Origin: Callorhinchus milii
Lineage: Eukaryota
Reading direction: 5' to 3'
Assembly (NCBI RefSeq): GCF_018977255.1
Contig: NW_024704742.1
Location: forward strand, 89,654,001 to 89,718,000
DNA length: 64,000 nt
Position 1 is the first letter of the stretch; every line of letters starts with the position of its first letter. The notes under the pieces were generated by a model. That model was not told where the DNA came from. It saw only the letters and a program-made list of their open reading frames with translations, and made no database searches. This document shows, piece by piece, positions 61,766 to 64,000 of this stretch. The translations under genes were made by a program, and so were the position numbers.

Positions 61766-63344
61766 ATATGTAATAAGATGTGGCGTGGTACCTAAAATTG
61801 CACACTGTACTCCAAATGAGGTTTGGCATTATACAAGTGTTATCACTTTGTGGTTTTTATTCTAATCCTCTTGTAATAATCTGGCTAATTGCTACGGTCA
61901 TTAAGCCCGTCTTTTACTGAGCAACTTAAACTCTGTGGTAAAAGTAATGTATCACAGAAAGGGAAGCAAGGCACGGAAACCAATAAAAATCAACAGAAAC
62001 AAATCTAGGAGAAAGGACATTCTTGAACACAAACAGAGAAGTATCTCAAGCGAGAACCTGGGTCCGCTGAGTACACCAAAAACTCTATATAAAAATGTAT
62101 CTATCACAACAGGATCAATGCCGTACCAAATGCAAATAAACTTAAAACATTTAAAACATTATCTGATTCTATTTTTCAGAAGACAACAAACAAAAGTAGA
62201 GGAAAACTGAAATGCAGGGCAGCTAAACTCTCCCATGAGTTTAAGTGTCTAATAGCCCTCTCAGGAGAAGGTCATTCCGTCGTCCCACCCAAAGGTCAGC
62301 ATCAATCACTTCTGCCAATGTCTATGATATCATGGTGCCTACTGCCAAACATTAATAATGCTGAGATTTAGGTACAAAGCCTATTGCATAAAGTACCACT
62401 GACTTGTGTTCCTAAATGTATGTTTAAAGGTTACAGTACAAGTCAAAAAGCACATTGGGATTACAAATGCGGTACTTACAAAACATAAATTATGATTATA
62501 ACCAGCTTTAGTTTTGACCAGTTATTCAGTGAAGGGCCGAAAAGTCGAAACACTGTTTCTAAATCAAAACGGGTTTCAAACCAAAGCACAAGTCGCAAAA
62601 TGCCCTTTGAAGGCTTTCAGGAACAGGATGTTTCCCCAGTCTGTCTTTTCATGAATTTGCTGGTGAGTCACTCAATTTCAGTCACAAACCTAAAACACAA
62701 TTGGCTCAGCAATTTCTCATTGGCAAGCAACACCCATTAAACACCCTTTTCTTTTTTGCTGGATAATCATTAGGTTTGGAAAGATCATGTTATCAGTGGC
62801 TAATTCGAGACCCATGTAGTTGTATATTTCTATTTATGCAGGATGAAACATGAAACTGCTGGCCACAAAGATTCAAATGTAAAGCACATTGGAATGATAA
62901 CCTTGGTAAGCAAATACTGAACATAATGTACCTGAGCACATATGTTCTGTAACATGTACATTCCTCACTGGCTCTCAATGCTGTTTCCCTCTCATTCAGT
63001 TAAATTTAATGGCATTTGAAAAATGGTGCCCTGCAAATAACTTACCATCCATCTTTCAATGATGCAACAAAGAGAATAACTGAAAACATAAAAGTGTGTT
63101 TTATTAAAATAATTGACTTATGTGAAATTACTTCTATGGCTTCACTGCATCTCACCAGTCTTTGTGAGTCAGTACAGTAAAGTGTGCCATGTTTATTTAG
63201 AACCATTGGCCGAAGTTTGGAAAACAAAACTCTCAGCAAACATTCCCATATTATCGATTCCTACAGTATTTGACGTCAGAACAAAGGATAACAGGGCCAT
63301 TCAGCCCATTGATCCTGTTCCAACAGGTACAAAACATAATCAAC

Positions 63345-63970
63345 AAGTAATAGTGTAGGCTAATGTGATGTTGGTCTTTATCTCAAGTGGAGCTGGAATA
63401 CAATGGTGAGGAAATGATGCTTCTGTTGTACAGAGCATTGTACTGCATCTGGAGTACTGCATTCAATTTTGAGCACCACACCTCAGGAAAGACATGTTGG
63501 CTCTGGAGGAGGTGCAGAACAGATTCACCAGAATGATACCAGGGCTAAAAGAGTGAAAATATCAGAACAGGTACCATAAATTTGGATTGTATTCCCTTGA
63601 GTTGAGAAGGTTGAGGTCTGATCCAATTAAGGTATTTAAAATAATAAAGGGATTTGATAGGGTAGAAATAGAGAAGCGATTTCCTCTGGTGGGAGAATCC
63701 AGAATAAAGGGACATAACCTTAAAATTAGAGCTTAGTCATTTAGGAGTGAAATCAGGAAGCAGTTTTCACTCAAAGGTTGTGGAAATCTGGAATTCTCTC
63801 TCCCAAAAGGCTGTGGATACTCGATCCATTCAAATCTTCAAGACTGAGGATAAGGGTATCAAGGGATATGGAGCAATGATGGGTAAATAGAGTTGAAGTA
63901 CAGATCAACCATGATCTAATAGAATGGCAGAACAGGCTCAAGGGGCTGAATGTCCTACTCCTGTTCCTAT
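63345..63970 (+). mobile_element. CR1 LINE 3' region
   Basis: LEYCIQF..PHLRKDMLALEEVQNRFTRMIPG coding remnant; terminus GGCTCAAGGGGCTGAATGTCCTACTCCTGTTCCTAT. Confidence 0.9.
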
Positions 63971-64000
63971 AGCAGTTTTCCAGATTTTGTCCGATCCTTT

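Noticed and set aside
62520..62560. CAGTGAAGGGCCGAAAAGTCGAAAC as a hammerhead
   Set aside because: Lacks the CUGANGA core and a consistent stem II; at best a heavily decayed remnant.

Overview
Repeat-dense, gene-poor vertebrate genomic DNA, most likely a large intron or intergenic region of a cartilaginous fish. A chimaera/elephant-shark-like genome is my inference from the repeat families, not a verified assignment. No intact protein-coding gene, rRNA, true tRNA gene or CRISPR array is supported; almost all ORF-track entries are retroelement fragments or chance ORFs. The window contains: (1) about 17 copies of a younger tRNA(Ala-anticodon)-headed SINE (family A, long and short variants) with an L2-type tail and (ATT)n end; (2) about 17 older Deu-domain-like SINEs (family B) sharing the same 3' module; (3) many 5'-truncated L2 and CR1 LINE fragments, the longest being an L2 at 4959-6613 and a CR1 at 34643-36538; (4) five copies of an RTE/RTEX-like non-LTR element with a long 3' UTR; (5) two copies of a Tc1/mariner-derived MITE; (6) a Penelope-like fragment with a minimal hammerhead ribozyme motif; (7) simple repeats. 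The most notable features are an 83-bp inverted copy of local DNA embedded in the 5' end of a TSD-bounded CR1 insertion, the hammerhead motif, the modular SINE architecture, a three-level nested insertion and closely spaced inverted SINE pairs. Two minus-strand exon candidates are low confidence. I found no convincing novel multi-gene system. Boundaries were read by eye and are approximate unless a TSD is quoted.
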